In this document: in pieces, positions 1-13,269 of the stretch
Layout of the letters: each line of letters starts with the position of its first letter
How positions within the stretch are numbered: the first letter of the stretch is position 1
Assembly: GCA_001938485.1 (NCBI GenBank)
Contig: MQRK01232648.1
Coordinates: 18,802 to 69,228, forward strand
DNA: 50,427 nt
Source: Girardia tigrina
Taxonomy: Eukaryota
Direction of reading: 5' to 3'
Notes under the pieces: generated by a model
What the model saw: only the letters and a program-made list of their open reading frames with translations
Told to the model about the DNA's origin: nothing
The model's database searches: none
Position numbers and translations under genes: made by a program

Positions 1-24
1 ATATATATATATATATATATATAT
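1..24. repeat. (TA)n microsatellite
   Basis: Pure AT dinucleotide run at the window start; similar runs at about 663-689, 839-875, 3293-3372 (with gap), 30607-30663 and 33115-33426 (with gap). Confidence 0.95.
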
Positions 25-658
25 CAAGGTTTGTTAAGGCCATTTTGGGTGTACAATGTACACCCAAAAATTTGGCTATTTATAGATAAACCATGGGTTC
101 ATTAAAAAATACACACACTGCTATTTCACCCACTCTCTCTCCCTCTCGCATATACACGCTCCTGCACAAGGTCATTTATAATTGTTCACTTATTTAAGAC
201 ATTCATTTATGAATAATTATTAATCTATTATTCAATTCTTATCTGTCTAACACCAAATATTTTAGATATTGAATATTATTGACAAACATTAAAAATAATC
301 CAGAATAAAATACAATTAAGTAATATTTTACGTTTTACTCAGGACTGCGGAATCGGCATCGGGTTTCAAGAGTTTGAAATTTCATATACATTCTAGAATC
401 GTGCATATTGATAAATTGTTGTCTGTTGATTAAAATTTTTCTTTAAAATCAGAACAAAACATTTCAATTGATTCTAAATAGAATTTCATAAACAACACAA
501 TATTCCACATTTGCATGTAGAACTATGCATAATAATGAGAGAAAATAACAAAATCATTTGAAACATTTCTCTCATAATTTCTGAGTAAAGATAAACGTTA
601 TACTGTACATCCACATTTTCTTGGGTTACACCCAGCTGGAAACATTAAAAAAACCCTG
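25..658. mobile_element. Putative non-autonomous hAT-like MITE inserted in (TA)n
   Basis: Left end CAAGGTTTGTTAAGG resembles the reverse complement of the right end, CAGGGTTTTTTTAATG; both have subterminal TGGGTGTA. Palindrome TTTTGGGTGTACA-A-TGTACACCCAAAA lies near the left end. CAGGG termini are typical of hAT. No clean TSD. Confidence 0.4.
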
Positions 659-692
<34 letters not shown>

Positions 693-760
693 ACATTAAG
701 ATTTAATGGCAATTTATTTGTAAAAAAAATAACAAACGCCATTTTAAAAGTTTTTGTATT

Positions 761-800
761 TCTCAAAACATGTTTCGCCATTACGGCATCATCAGTTGTG
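761..800 (-). ncRNA. Minimal type I hammerhead ribozyme (PLE pseudo-LTR type)
   Basis: Minus strand reads UCACAA-CUGAUGA-U-GCCG(UAA)UGGC-GAAA-CAUG-UU/UUGAGA: intact core, 4-bp stem II, palindromic ACAUGU stem III, GUU cleavage triplet, and stem I CAA/UUG. Confidence 0.8.
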
Positions 801-832
801 AAGTAAATTATTTGTGAAGAAGTTGTGTTATT

Positions 833-878
<46 letters not shown>

Positions 879-964
879 AGTTAGCTAATAAAAAGAATGG
901 AAAAATACCACTAATAATATCACATTACACAGGAAAACAATTATTCTAAACTTTTGATTATGAT

Positions 965-1431
965 TGTGACATGTCAGTCCCTACCCTGAAAATGCAATGA
1001 ACGTTTAGGTTAAAAGTTTAATGAATTATGTTATTATTATGTTATGATTTTTTAAACATTTATTAACATTGAAATCAGAATTGTTATGATAACAATTATT
1101 CAAAAGGTTTTCGCTATTCGAAATTTTTCTTGATTAATATATTTATGAATTCATACTAATTTTGCAATAAATAAAAATTTTTATTAATAATTGTTAAGTA
1201 CAAAGATTCCAATTGGTTAAAATCTAAACATTTTATAAATTACATTAAAAATTAAATATTACATTTGAAAATTATTTTAAATCTTTTTACTTTACAATTA
1301 AATTAACTTATTTTTAATTAGTAGGAATCAAAGAAAATATCAATCATCCATCCGTGTAGAAGAGACACAATCCGAATGAACAAACAACATGCACAAAATA
1401 AAACAACAAACAATTCAAAACATTCCTCACA
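965..1431 (+). mobile_element. Diverged LTR-like copy related to family A
   Basis: Ends ATTCCTCACA and has a diverged core motif (CCATCCGTGTAGAAGAGA) at the usual distance. Left boundary TGTGACA is tentative; no TSD found. Confidence 0.5.
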
Positions 1432-2548
1432 GTTACAAAATATTTTTTTTCCAAAAAATATCCGACATTAATCTCTAAGTCGGTTGAGACAAGAAAAACA
1501 CTGAATACAACTTAAAACTTCGTTAATAAAACTCAACATGGAAATAAAATTGAACACAACACAGGAATTTCCATTTTATTTTATCATCAAAACCCAATTT
1601 AAATCTATTTTAATTTTATAAAAATCCATTGAAAGACAAATCTCTTTCCAGAATTATAAAATCTGTTTAAAGTTAAATAAAATCCTTTGAATTATCTTTT
1701 GAATTATTAATTAATTTTAATAAAAGTATTATTTATTTATATTAAAATAACAAAAATTAAATGAATCTAAAACACAGATATTTTTCACTAATATTTTTCC
1801 CAGAGGAAAAATATTAAATATTCTATTTTAATAATAATTTATGATATTCTCAATTGATTTTTATTTTATTACTCGTAAAATTTAATTTCAAACTAGAGAA
1901 AATAAAAATAATATTTATTACAAATAAAATAAGTTTTATAGCTATTTTTTATTTAAATTTTTAGTTTTGAAACAAATAGAATATAAAAAGTCATTTTATC
2001 ATATTTTTATTTCACTTAAATAAAATAGTAATTACGTCTCGTAAAACGAATTGTCGAGCCAGTTCCTCGATGTTACTCCAAGGCTCCACCATGAAAGGTC
2101 AGTGTATCAAATTGTAGAAGAGGGAGACAAACAAATTCCAGGAAATTTGTTTTTTCCTGAATTTCATTAGGCGTTCAATCAGTCACAATTTGCACTATCA
2201 AGTGTAAAAGTCGCTCGAGCTGAAGGAAATGTCAGCAAAACCAATGGATTTTCGAGGAATTTTACGATACATTTATTGCTTTTACAATTATTATTCACGA
2301 CATTTTAATAAAACATAAAACACTTCAATAATAAATTAAGTACGCATTAAATAATATTCATTTTTTGTTAGTTTAAAATATTGGAAGTGGCGAAATTGGT
2401 TTTCTGTAATAAAAATCATAAACAATTGTTTTTTTCTGATACTTTAAAGGTTTAATAAAAGCAATTTAATTTTTTTCTGGTTGAATGGTTTCAGCTTGCG
2501 AAAATAATGGGAGGAATATATTTTAACAGACTTTTTCTTGTCGACTTT

Positions 2549-2827
2549 GGGAGGGGGAATGTCATGGATAAAACAGACAAGTTGGTGGATCGATCAAGTT
2601 TGGGAGGACGATAGTTCAGGGTTTATAATTACGTTTTAAAATAATTATCAGAATTATTAATTGATTGTTTGTTAAAAAAATGTACAAATAAACTTGAATT
2701 CAGACAGAATTAAGGAAAATAATAAAAGATTTGATTTAAATAAAAGTGAGGATTTTAAAATAAAACATGTTTTAGAAGTTTTATTAAAGTACGGGCGCAT
2801 CATAATAAAAAATAGAACTTTACGACA
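2549..2827 (+). mobile_element. Polypurine tract plus putative 3' LTR remnant
   Basis: GGGAGGGGGAA is directly followed by TGTCATGG at 2560; candidate end TTTACGACA at 2827 gives TG...CA termini. Confidence 0.4.
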
Positions 2828-5800
2828 CTCGATTTAAATTTTTCAATCCAGAAATTAAAATGTACTGTTTCTTACTGCAACTTGAAATCAGCAGAATTTA
2901 AACTCGCTGCTTATTATAAAAAAGGATTAAAACACTCTGAAAATTGAAGTTTAATTTAAAACAATCACAGTTTATACCTTTCAATCTGAAATACAGAATG
3001 ATGAAATAGCGACTTGTCGATTGTAGGTATAATTTGCAAGGAGAATCTCGGAATTGTAAAAACCCACTCTAAAAACGAATCACTTACATCTGGATATAAA
3101 GTGTTGAGGTAGCTGTCCTTTACATCTTTAAACGTTATATATCAGTGGAATACATAGAGTGGGCTTTGAGCGTTCTACGATTGTTGGAGACTGTCTATAT
3201 GCGGTTTCCTAAACAAGCATACATGCATGTTTGCCGAAGTTTTTTTTGGATGAAAGTACAAACCACACAACTTCAAAATCGCATTAAAATAATATATATA
3301 TATNNNNNNNNNNNNNNNNNNNNNNNNNNNNNNNNNNNNNNNNNNNNNNNNNNTATATATATATATATATATTTCTTTAGTTAAAGTTTAGACAAAAGAA
3401 AATTTTGGTAATCAATTCTTAATTCTATATTTTTTTTACTAAAAAGTTTAAATTAAAAGAAATTCGGCTAAAATATTGTTCGAAAATATTTCCTCCCCAA
3501 TAGTTAAGTGTCCCAGCAATTTTCGACAGAGTCATTCCTAACGCAAATCAAAAACGGGACTTCTAAAAGCTTTTTATTTCCCTTACTTAAAATTAATTTT
3601 TTTATGTAAAGCAATAAATTTATTTTCAATAAATGTAAAAGTATTTTTAATTAGGAGGTTTAAGAAATTTCTCTAATGAACTTTAAAAAATTAATTTATA
3701 TTTTTATTTGCAATTTTATAATTACACTTTTTTTAATTAAATTATTAAAAAAGGAGAATTATGAAAAGAAAATTAATTATTTCTATCAAAATTTTATTGT
3801 TAATTGGAATGTAAAATAAATATTTTGTTAAAAAATATAATAAAAGTTAAAATAGTTTAAACATTTATGAATACATTTCAAATTATTTTGAAAAAAAACA
3901 CGAAGGAAATCGAAACCAGAAAAAGATACTTTAAAAATATTAAATATTGACTTAATTTCTGTCTATAGATCATTTTTGACCATATTTTAACATATTAAAA
4001 AATGTTTAGCCGTTTTTTACCCTAAACATTTCACTCTAAAATGGCAAAAGAACAAAAAATAAGCTTTAACATTTTTATCTACTTTATATTAAAGTTTTTG
4101 CTCGAGCTTTCAATAAAATGTTTTAGAAAAAAAATCGAGTACTCGAACTTGACCACTTAACCTTGACGATCTTCGAGTCTAATGCAACGGTTTTTTTTGT
4201 AATTTTGAGACCAATACATTGTCAAAAATTTACATAATATTTTTATTTCTTTTAAATACATTATCTATGATTAAATAAATCTTTACGTTACTATCCTCTA
4301 TATTTTTTGATTAAAATATATTGATTTATTTTTAAAGTTGTTATTTACATTTTTAAAATTGTTCGAGTAATCCGACGGTTCAAAACAAAAATATAAGCAC
4401 CACTCGAAAATACTCCTAACAAACAGTTAATTGATATAAAAGATAGTTTGGCTTAATATTGATTATTTTACAGTTATTTGAAAAATGTACCCAAAAACTA
4501 ATAACGGATTTCTTCAAAAATAAATATATTAACTCGACTAAAGTGTTCTTAATATTTATTTAATAACATTTCATAATAAATAAACAATTAAATTAGTAAT
4601 AAATTAAATTTTGGCCAAAACAATTTAGAAATTAATTTGAATAAAAAATTGAAATATTAAATTATTAACAATTTGTCTGATTTATAACTTATTGTTTACT
4701 TTGAGGGAATATTCCACCGACAGAGAATCAAGTCGCGAATTTTTGCTTTCCAAATCGGTTTGTAGAAACGAGAATGAAATTTATTGCCTGAAAAAACATT
4801 TATTTTTAATTATTATTAGACTATAAACTTCCATTATTACAGTTTGAAAAAATTGTTTCTTTCATTTTATAAAATTGTATAAATAATCAATAAATTCTAA
4901 TTAAATTCACTAAAATTTGTATTTAAAAATATATTATTTGAAGAAACGATTTCAGTCTTAAACTTCAATCATGAAGACCTGCTAAGATATGACCTTTAAA
5001 TGAAGTTGGTAAAATAAGATAAAACCCATCTTTAAACTAGCTGTATTCCACAGTCTCTTTATATTCAATTTATTCAGCGCACTAAAAATCTTCTTCAATT
5101 TTAGTGCAAAGATGATAAAATTGATATCCCTCATTTCATCGAAGTAACTTTCCTTGCTTAATGAAGCTGTTGCGACTGTTTACGTTAAGAAATTCCAAAA
5201 ATATCATATTTCATAATATGCTAATTCAAATTGCTTTAGACAGTTTATGGACTGGTTCTGAAGATCAAGCAAGGAGTTTTGTATTCATTTATAATGTATA
5301 AATAAGTTTGTGTAATAGAAATAAAATAGGTTGTAACAAACAACCTACCATTTTTCAACATATCCTCGAAGCCTTAAAGGCATTCACAAAAACAATGCCA
5401 TTTAATTCGATTCTGTTTATCCTTCGCTTTTGGACATTTAACCATTTAAATTTTGATTGCATGCTAATTGTCTTCGTCGTATGAGCTTGTACATTTGAAA
5501 TGAATGCAATAATTGAATGACTGTCAAGCTACAACTATTAATTAAAGATTTTTGAAAACAAGGGATTTTAATCAGTTTTCTGAACCCAGGGTACGAGAAA
5601 TATGCCAAAATTTCAAGAAAGACAGAAGAGTGGGTTTTATTAGGAAAGCATGCGATGATTGAAAATTATCTAATATGAGAATATTACTGAAAATAACTAG
5701 CAAAGATGGAGATTAACAGTAATCATCATCTTTGTAACCGGAATCTTGCTGACCTTTTGGACGATTCCTCTCAGATGATAAATCTAATTTATGATTATTA

Positions 5801-5992
5801 TCTTATTTAAAATGTCATAAATGTTCCCATAAAGTAACTCATATTGTTATATGACAAACAGTCCTCTACTTTTTGTGGTGTAAGCAGGATACCAGACTCA
5901 CAAACCATCACTGGATGACTAGACCACATCGATTAAAAATTGTTCTAAGTCCAAGCTAATTAGTAATTCATCATCTAATTCATCATCTAGAA

Positions 5993-7835
5993 CATCCAAA
6001 CTTTTAATTTAATTGGCCGCATTGTAAACTTAAATATTTAACTGGGCCGCAGAATTACCAGAATATGTTAAGCCTAGCTAGGGAATGGTCTCAAATTTTT
6101 TGGAGATTTTTTGGGGAAGCGGAGGGTTTTTGGTTTTTGAAAGTTACAGCCTTTTTTCCATGGCCGCGAAGCTCATAGGTCGCTTGCAGGAGTGTGAATT
6201 TTAAAAACGTCGATTTTTTTCGTACCATCGCCTTAAATTTAATAGAAAAAATACAATATTAAAACAAAATCATGTGAATACACTTTATTTATATTATTAC
6301 AATATACATGGTACGTTATACATAAAAAACATTTAATTTAATTAACCAATATTTATTCAATCAAACTTTTGACTTTGTCTTCCAGTCATAATGTTTTCAA
6401 TATTTGCATCGAAGGATGCATTCTTAATTCTAAGAATGTTTGCTAAATGTATGTCAGTCAACCTATTTCTTTCTGCAGTTTTAAAGTTTTTCATGCTTGA
6501 AAAAAACTGCTTACAAGAGTATGTACTTCCACACATGCATAATAATTTTCTGGATAAATTTAGAATTTGATTGAATTCGTTTTTGAAAGAGTGTAATTTC
6601 TTATAAAATAAACGAAGTGTGTTCTCCCTATGGAAAGTTTTTAAACCTACCTGATTTTGCAGCTCAATCAGTTCCAATTTGGTACTCCACTGGTGCTTTA
6701 TCATATTCAAATGAAAATGGATCATTATACAATTTTAACTCATTTTCAATCTTTCTAAAGTCAAAAAATATAATTGTACATTCTCCAAGCAAATCTTCAC
6801 ATAATTCAGTATATTTTTCATAGTTTAAAGAAAACTTTTTCTCTCTTTCTTATAGACTACAAAAGTGTACAAAAAAAGCTGTGCTATAAAAAGATTCAAT
6901 TTCTTTGTGAAACTAGTTATCCGCTCAAACATTGAGGAACATAACTGGTCCTTTACTTGTAAATGCAAATTAAGTTCAGCTAATACTTCCGTGAATTCTA
7001 CAAAGAAAGATAAATCATTCAACCATTCTTCATTTTCTAAAGAATCCACATTTTGCTTCTTTTCTTCCAAGAACACTTTTATTTCTGGTAACAATAACTG
7101 AAATCTTTTTAAGGTTGCTGCTTTATTGAGCCATCTAACTTTTGAGAAATATACTATGTCTTCATATTCACTGCCAACTTCGTCCAAGAATCCTTTAAAT
7201 TCGCGATGATCTGATGAAATTAACAGCCTTGACAAGATCAATCATCAAACGTTTCATATTTTGCTTTTGAGCACATAATTGTTGTTGATGTATCAAGCAA
7301 TGGTAACTGAGAATCTCATGATATTTTTTCAAAATATTTTTCCGCCCATTAAATATTAAATTTCCTCTTTTCTTCTGCTATCTTCCTTTTTTAATTAATT
7401 TTTCAATATTTAGGATTACAGTTCTCTAAAAAATAAATTAACCATTAATAGGTATACGGAGCCGTAGTTTACTGAAAATTTATTTATTTCAACAACAAAG
7501 AAAATTAAAAAACGTTGTAAAAATTAAAAAAATATATTGAAATATATCGAATATTGATTTATATCAATATTATTGAAGTTTAATCGGTGGATTGCAGGAT
7601 AGTATACGATTGTAATAATATATGATGGTATAATATGTTAGGTTTATGTTTACATTCTCAGCTGTCAGCTTAGCGACGCTTCGCGTTCACAAGTACTTCA
7701 ATTCGCTTTGCAATGCCTAGGCAGAAACGACTTTAAATGGCTGTCAGAAGGAATCAATTCAAGATAGCGTACACTGGTTTTCAGTTAAGGTTAAGTACAA
7801 AGAAATACACACAGGCCGCAGTATGGACATCCCTA
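5993..7835 (-). mobile_element. hAT DNA transposon (Charlie/SPIN, GTF2IRD2/ZBED5-like), internally deleted
   Basis: 8-bp TSD ATCTAGAA (5985-5992) / ACCTAGAA (7836-7843). Right TIR reverse complement TAGGGATGTCCATACTGCGGCC; left TIR CA[deletion]TCCAAACTTTT. Transposase fragments inside. Confidence 0.85.
6357..7330 (-). pseudogene. Frameshifted hAT transposase, C-terminal half
   Basis: Motifs YHCLIHQ (about 7290-7305), HREFKGFL..YEDIVYFSKVRWL, WLNDLSFFVE..LNLHLQ and GSTYSCKQFFSSMK..RNRLTD.HL match the GTF2IRD2/SPIN-type DDE and hATC dimerisation domains. Split over several frames. Confidence 0.9.
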
Positions 7836-10800
7836 ACCTAGAACATCTTTAATGTCACCAAATAATAATGTTTCTAAATAAATCACAAGAAATACCACAG
7901 AACCAAAGTTTAGGCCATCGTTGCTCCAAATTTTGTATTGCTAAGTTTTCACCAAATGCTTCTTAGTAGAAGTTCAGTTAATTCCATTTTTTGTTGTACA
8001 TTTCTTCCGGAATTATTTCCCCATTTATTCTTATGAATTGTAAAAAAAGGACAGTTGTATTTTATGACAATACCAAGTAGCATCTCTCTAATCAAAACAT
8101 GAATTTATTGCAAACAAACATGTTTTTCCTTGTCACAAGAACTTTACTCAAGAAATATTTACCTATGGAATCAGCTCATACTTTCAAAACTGGAAACAAA
8201 ATGCTTTTAATATACCTGACCAAAAAGTTACTTTTGGAAAATGTAGAACAAAACTTCTGCAAGATGATGAGAAAACAGGGGAATGTTAAAAATTTAATAA
8301 ACTGTTGGCTTTTGGTTAAAATGTATAGTAAAACAAATACTATTTGCTTTCCCTTTTTGAGTTTTGGTGTTATTTATAACTGGGTTAGCCACTCAGATAA
8401 CTGATCTGGAAGTTGTCTGAAATACTGAATAACAACCCTTTACATGTTCTAAAACTTTTATCTTAAAGAAAATACTAGAAATTGTTAATTAAAGAGAAAG
8501 AAAATCATTTTCTAAATTTTATTTTTTAAAATTTCAAACGTCTTGTTCAATTTGATGATTCAATTTTATGGAAATGGTTAATAATTAACTTTAGAATTTT
8601 GCAAATTGATTAGAAAAGGGTTTTCAAAGCACATAATAAAGCAGAAGACATCGGAATCTAGCCAGGCAACTGGATATATCAGATTCAAAGTCAAGAAATA
8701 TAGACTTTAAATACCAAAAATATTTCCTGCTAAGCACTGGAAGATAAGAAAACTTCAAGAACCACATCATTAAGGAAGAATTCAGAAAATTCAACTTTGA
8801 TTCCATTAATAAGACCAACTCCAATCAACTTTGGTTTAATTTAATTTAAACGCACCGCTTAGGTGTAGTTAAATCAAATGCAAGAACATATATACTTTCG
8901 TAGAGATGTCTTGATAACCGACTAATGGCTTGCGCCTCTACCTTCGCTTCGTCACGGTGAAGAGTTGCACTCTCTTACAAAGTGCAACTAGGGGGGTTTT
9001 GACTGCTTGTTTGTTAGGCAGTGCCATCTCTAATGATTTTCTCTTTAGAAATATAGAGGAGGTGTCGGCTGTAATGCTTGGCGTATATTTCGATTTTTCG
9101 TTTTGCAACTCTTTTTGCAGAAATACAGAGACCCCTCCAGGACAATATATGGATTCCAATATTTGATTTAACAAATTCCTGATTTCTAACTGCACAACTA
9201 ATCACCATTTGATAGTCACCATGTGATAGACAATTTTAATTTATTACGGTTTATATTTTATTAAAAAAAGAAATTCCATCAAAATAAAAAGAAATATTTT
9301 TTTTAAGTTGTGTATTCAAACTCAGTTTAAAAAATGTGTGATAAAATAAAGTTAAGAAAATGTCTGTTTCTATTAATTCGGAATATGTGTTAACAACATC
9401 TAACATGGTGGCCTTTGCCACAAACTCCAGCCAGCTGATCTCGAGAATAATGCACGCATAATAATAATAAAATAAATATTTGAAATATTTTTTATAATAA
9501 ATTATAAATAGAAAATCTTTTGAAATTAATGAAAATATTTTAAGGATTTATGTTTGAGTAAAAAGAAATTGTTTATAAATGGGAACATATTGTCTGACGG
9601 CCGAGTCCATCTTCAAGTTTCCGTTTTCTTATTTTATTTTAACAATATTAATGTAGATTTTTAATTTATTGTTCTTGTATTTGCTTTGTAAAAATTTGTT
9701 TTCTAAAAGAATTTTCAATTATTTTCATCGAAATAAGACAAATCAAAATTGATTATTTTTAAAAATTCATTGTTCAGTTTTGATTAATTATCGTTTTTAT
9801 AAAATTAATTTTTTTTAAAATCAATATCAGATAAATAAAATTTAAAATCATCAATTTTTTTGTAAAAAATTGCCTATTTATTTATATATTTTATTATTTT
9901 TTCTATCAAATTGAAAAAATATTTATTATTTAAAAATATTTTTTAATGCAAAACGAGTTCCATAAACTAAACAAACAGATCTAACTTAAACTCAAGACAG
10001 TGAACTTAAGAATACAATTTATTTTTATATTTTTAATGTAATCATGACCCTGCATTGAAGAATCATTCAAATTAAAATTTATGATCATATCAAAAGTATG
10101 AGGGATATTCGAATGATGTTTGAATGAAGTATTAAAGATGTGTGAATATGTTTCTTGTACGCTAAATTTCGAGGCATAAAATCTCTCCTAGGATAACTGG
10201 AATCAATTATTATCAAATTCAAAAGAAATTATTATGAATTGTATAATTATTTAATTGTTCTTTAACAATTAATAAAATATGCAGTTGTTTTAATCTTTGC
10301 CAATTTGGTAATTTTTTGAAAAATCCAAGAATTCAAAAATCACGTCAATTTTTCTCGAATAAATCTTTAAAGAAGACTCTGTCTTCTAATATCCTTAATA
10401 AAAAAATTTTATTTACAAGAAAAATGTATTAATATCAAAAATACAAATTTATAAAACGAATTTAGAGATTTTTTAAATATATTTTTTAAATTTCTGTATG
10501 AATCATTTTAGTTAGATTACCAACCCATATAATTTAAATACTAATATACAAGCAAATAATTTTTAAAAAATTATCTAACTACATTTTCTTTTAAAATCTC
10601 CGTGAAACATTTTTACTTTTATATAATTATTGAATCTTATTAAAATTAATTTTAATTATAAAAAAATTTAATTTCCTTTTTTATTCCATAACAGTTGATT
10701 AATTAATTATGTTTACCAAAAATTTTATTGAAATCAAATTTAATTTTGTCGTTTTAAAACTTTCACATAAAATTTTTTTAATGCAGTGAAAATTTCAATA

Positions 10801-12939
10801 ATTAAAAAAAATCATTTAAAATATTATTTATTTAAAAATAAGCTTGAAATATTCAAAAATATTTCAAACTTTCCATTTCCCAAAAAAGAATTTGACGGCT
10901 TCAAAAATGATTAAATATACACAAAATAAAAATATAACAAAAGAAAATTCATTCTTCGACATTAAACTGAGAAATCAATTTTAAATATGAAAGAAAAATG
11001 CAAATATGAAAAATTTTGGCATCAAACATTCCAATTTTTAGACTAAATATATCTTTCTCACTGTTCTTTCAACATCCTCTTTACGAAGGACCTCACCCCC
11101 TCCTTATCAATTATATTGTTCTATTCAATTTATTTTTTATAACAAAAAATGAATGTTAGATACAATTTATATAATCTTTTTATCCCTGCATAATTATTTG
11201 ATATTATGTTTTGAAAATAATAATATATTTAATATAGCTGACGCATATTCAATTATTTGGTACGATTTTTACAAATGATAATTTAAAAAATAAAAATAAC
11301 GATTTTATATATTTAAAAAAAATTAAAAAAAATTACAACAAAAAATTTAAAAAGTGTAATTTATTTATCAAGAGAATAAATTAAAAATTATTTATATTAG
11401 TTAATATTCAAATAAGAAATCCAAGAAGAATGATTAAAATAAAACTAGTCGCCGAATCTAAGATAGGTTCCAATATTTACCAAGATATGATAGCCAAATC
11501 TTTTGTTCCTCGAACAATATTCCATGGGTTATCTGATAGGAAATTAGATTTTCAGTCTTGTTCCTGTCTCGATTTAGGAGAACATCCTTGCAGTCATTCA
11601 TATTCGATCAATTAGAGTCATACTACTGATCCGTATCATACAAGTAAGATCATAGAGGCTTTTTAACTATTAAATTTTATCAGATCTTTTTTGTTAAGTG
11701 ATAATAATTGAAAAGAGAGATGAAAGAAAGAGGAGAACAGATAAAATTTAGATATTTTGTAGAATATCTTGTCGAATGATTAAATACTTTGTGTTCATAG
11801 TTTTAAATATTATGTTTTATTTTAAAATATTAGTAAAGAGTGATGGTCTCTGTTTTAACACACTATTCTTCTTTATTCACTTATCCTTATAAGTAAGATT
11901 TATATAGATTTATATATTTATTTGTTATTTTTGTATTTTTTTCATCTCATCCTCTTCTTTCTTTATTGGACGATAATCCATTTCTCTAAAGCTCCAATAA
12001 CTTCATGAGTGATACGGATATAGTGTATACTTGTAGTGATATAATGATGTTGATAAACAAATGAGTTAATCAGTTATTTTATGTTGCAAAAGCAGTATTT
12101 CCAGAACTTATTTTTGGAATAACATTGAGAAGAGTGATTGGTTCAAACTGAGAGAGAGTATAATGAAGGATTGGAATGATATGACCGAAACTTATGGAGA
12201 AATTATACAATCCTTAAATCCTTATATACAATTAAGTTGAAATAAACCGATAAAATGTTGTTTTTTAATGAGAAAAAATTAATTTACAGAAAGAAAATAA
12301 GTTATATGAATGTATCAACAAGTTTAAAAATATTTTTATGGATGGAAGATGAGATGTAAGGAGGACGACAGTGGACAACTGATTCTACAAAAACCGCCGA
12401 GGCAGCCAAACTACTGAGAACGACATATAGAATAAAAATAAAGTATTGTTTTATAAAATGACGTTTTCCAATTAATTCATTTAATTACTTATTTTAACTT
12501 TGTAAATATCTCAAAATTTCAAAAGCATTTATTTTGTCCAAGAATAAAAAAATAATCTCTAAAGAAAAATCTGATAAATTTCATCGATTATATTTTGGCT
12601 TTAATGAAAGATTTTCATTACGACATATGTTTTTGTGTCATCAATTAATATTCAAGAAGGTACGGCAACTTCCTAGGCGTAGAAACATATGGCATCTCGG
12701 ATACCTGGTCAGCTACATTCGATATTCATTTGTAAAATATGCCTATATAATTACAACCGAGAAAAAATAATAATTTATTTGATTCTAATTGAGATATCTG
12801 TCAAAATATTAATTACTAAATAATAATTATTTTTGCTACAAAATTCTCCTTAAGGGACTTGGAAATTTATTTTAAAGATAAAGGTAAGTTAATGTAGTAT
12901 GTTCACAATCCTATCTCAAGTAACATCATAAAAGATTCT

Positions 12940-13090
12940 TGTGAGGAATATTTTAAATTTGGTCTGTTGAAATTGGTTTGTTGAATTTTGTATGTTGAGT
13001 TTAGTATTTGGAAATGTGTTTCTCCCACCCAGATGGAAAATTGATATTTTGGATGTTCACGATGCATAGTTATTCGAGCATAATTTGCAT
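12940..13090 (-). mobile_element. Family A LTR end, adjacent to the Gypsy integrase remnant
   Basis: Minus strand CCATCTGGGTGGGAGAA...AAATATTCCTCACA, on the same strand as and immediately downstream of the Gypsy pol, where a 3' LTR end would lie. Confidence 0.6.
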
Positions 13091-13269
13091 TTTTAATTTG
13101 CAACATAAGATATAAAAAAAATTTTAAAATATTAAATCGTTTAAAATTTTAATAAAGTATATGATTTTTTAACTTATTTTTAAATTTATTAAATAATATA
13201 TAACTTTATTTCGTATCATTTTTTTACTTTTACTTCCTGTTTCTTTCAGTATTGAAATTATCTCTCTAT

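Noticed and set aside
6617-7101. Plus-strand ORFs 6617-6823 and 6865-7101
   Set aside because: Antisense shadows of the hAT transposase.
8895-8960. Minus-strand GTAGAG/CTCTAC stem followed by GAAA
   Set aside because: No CUGANGA directly before the stem.
11430-12720. Weak integrase-like fragments and PPT/LTR-like starts (also about 11075, 31100-31560, 39845)
   Set aside because: Probably older LTR-element debris, but too degraded to delimit or assign.
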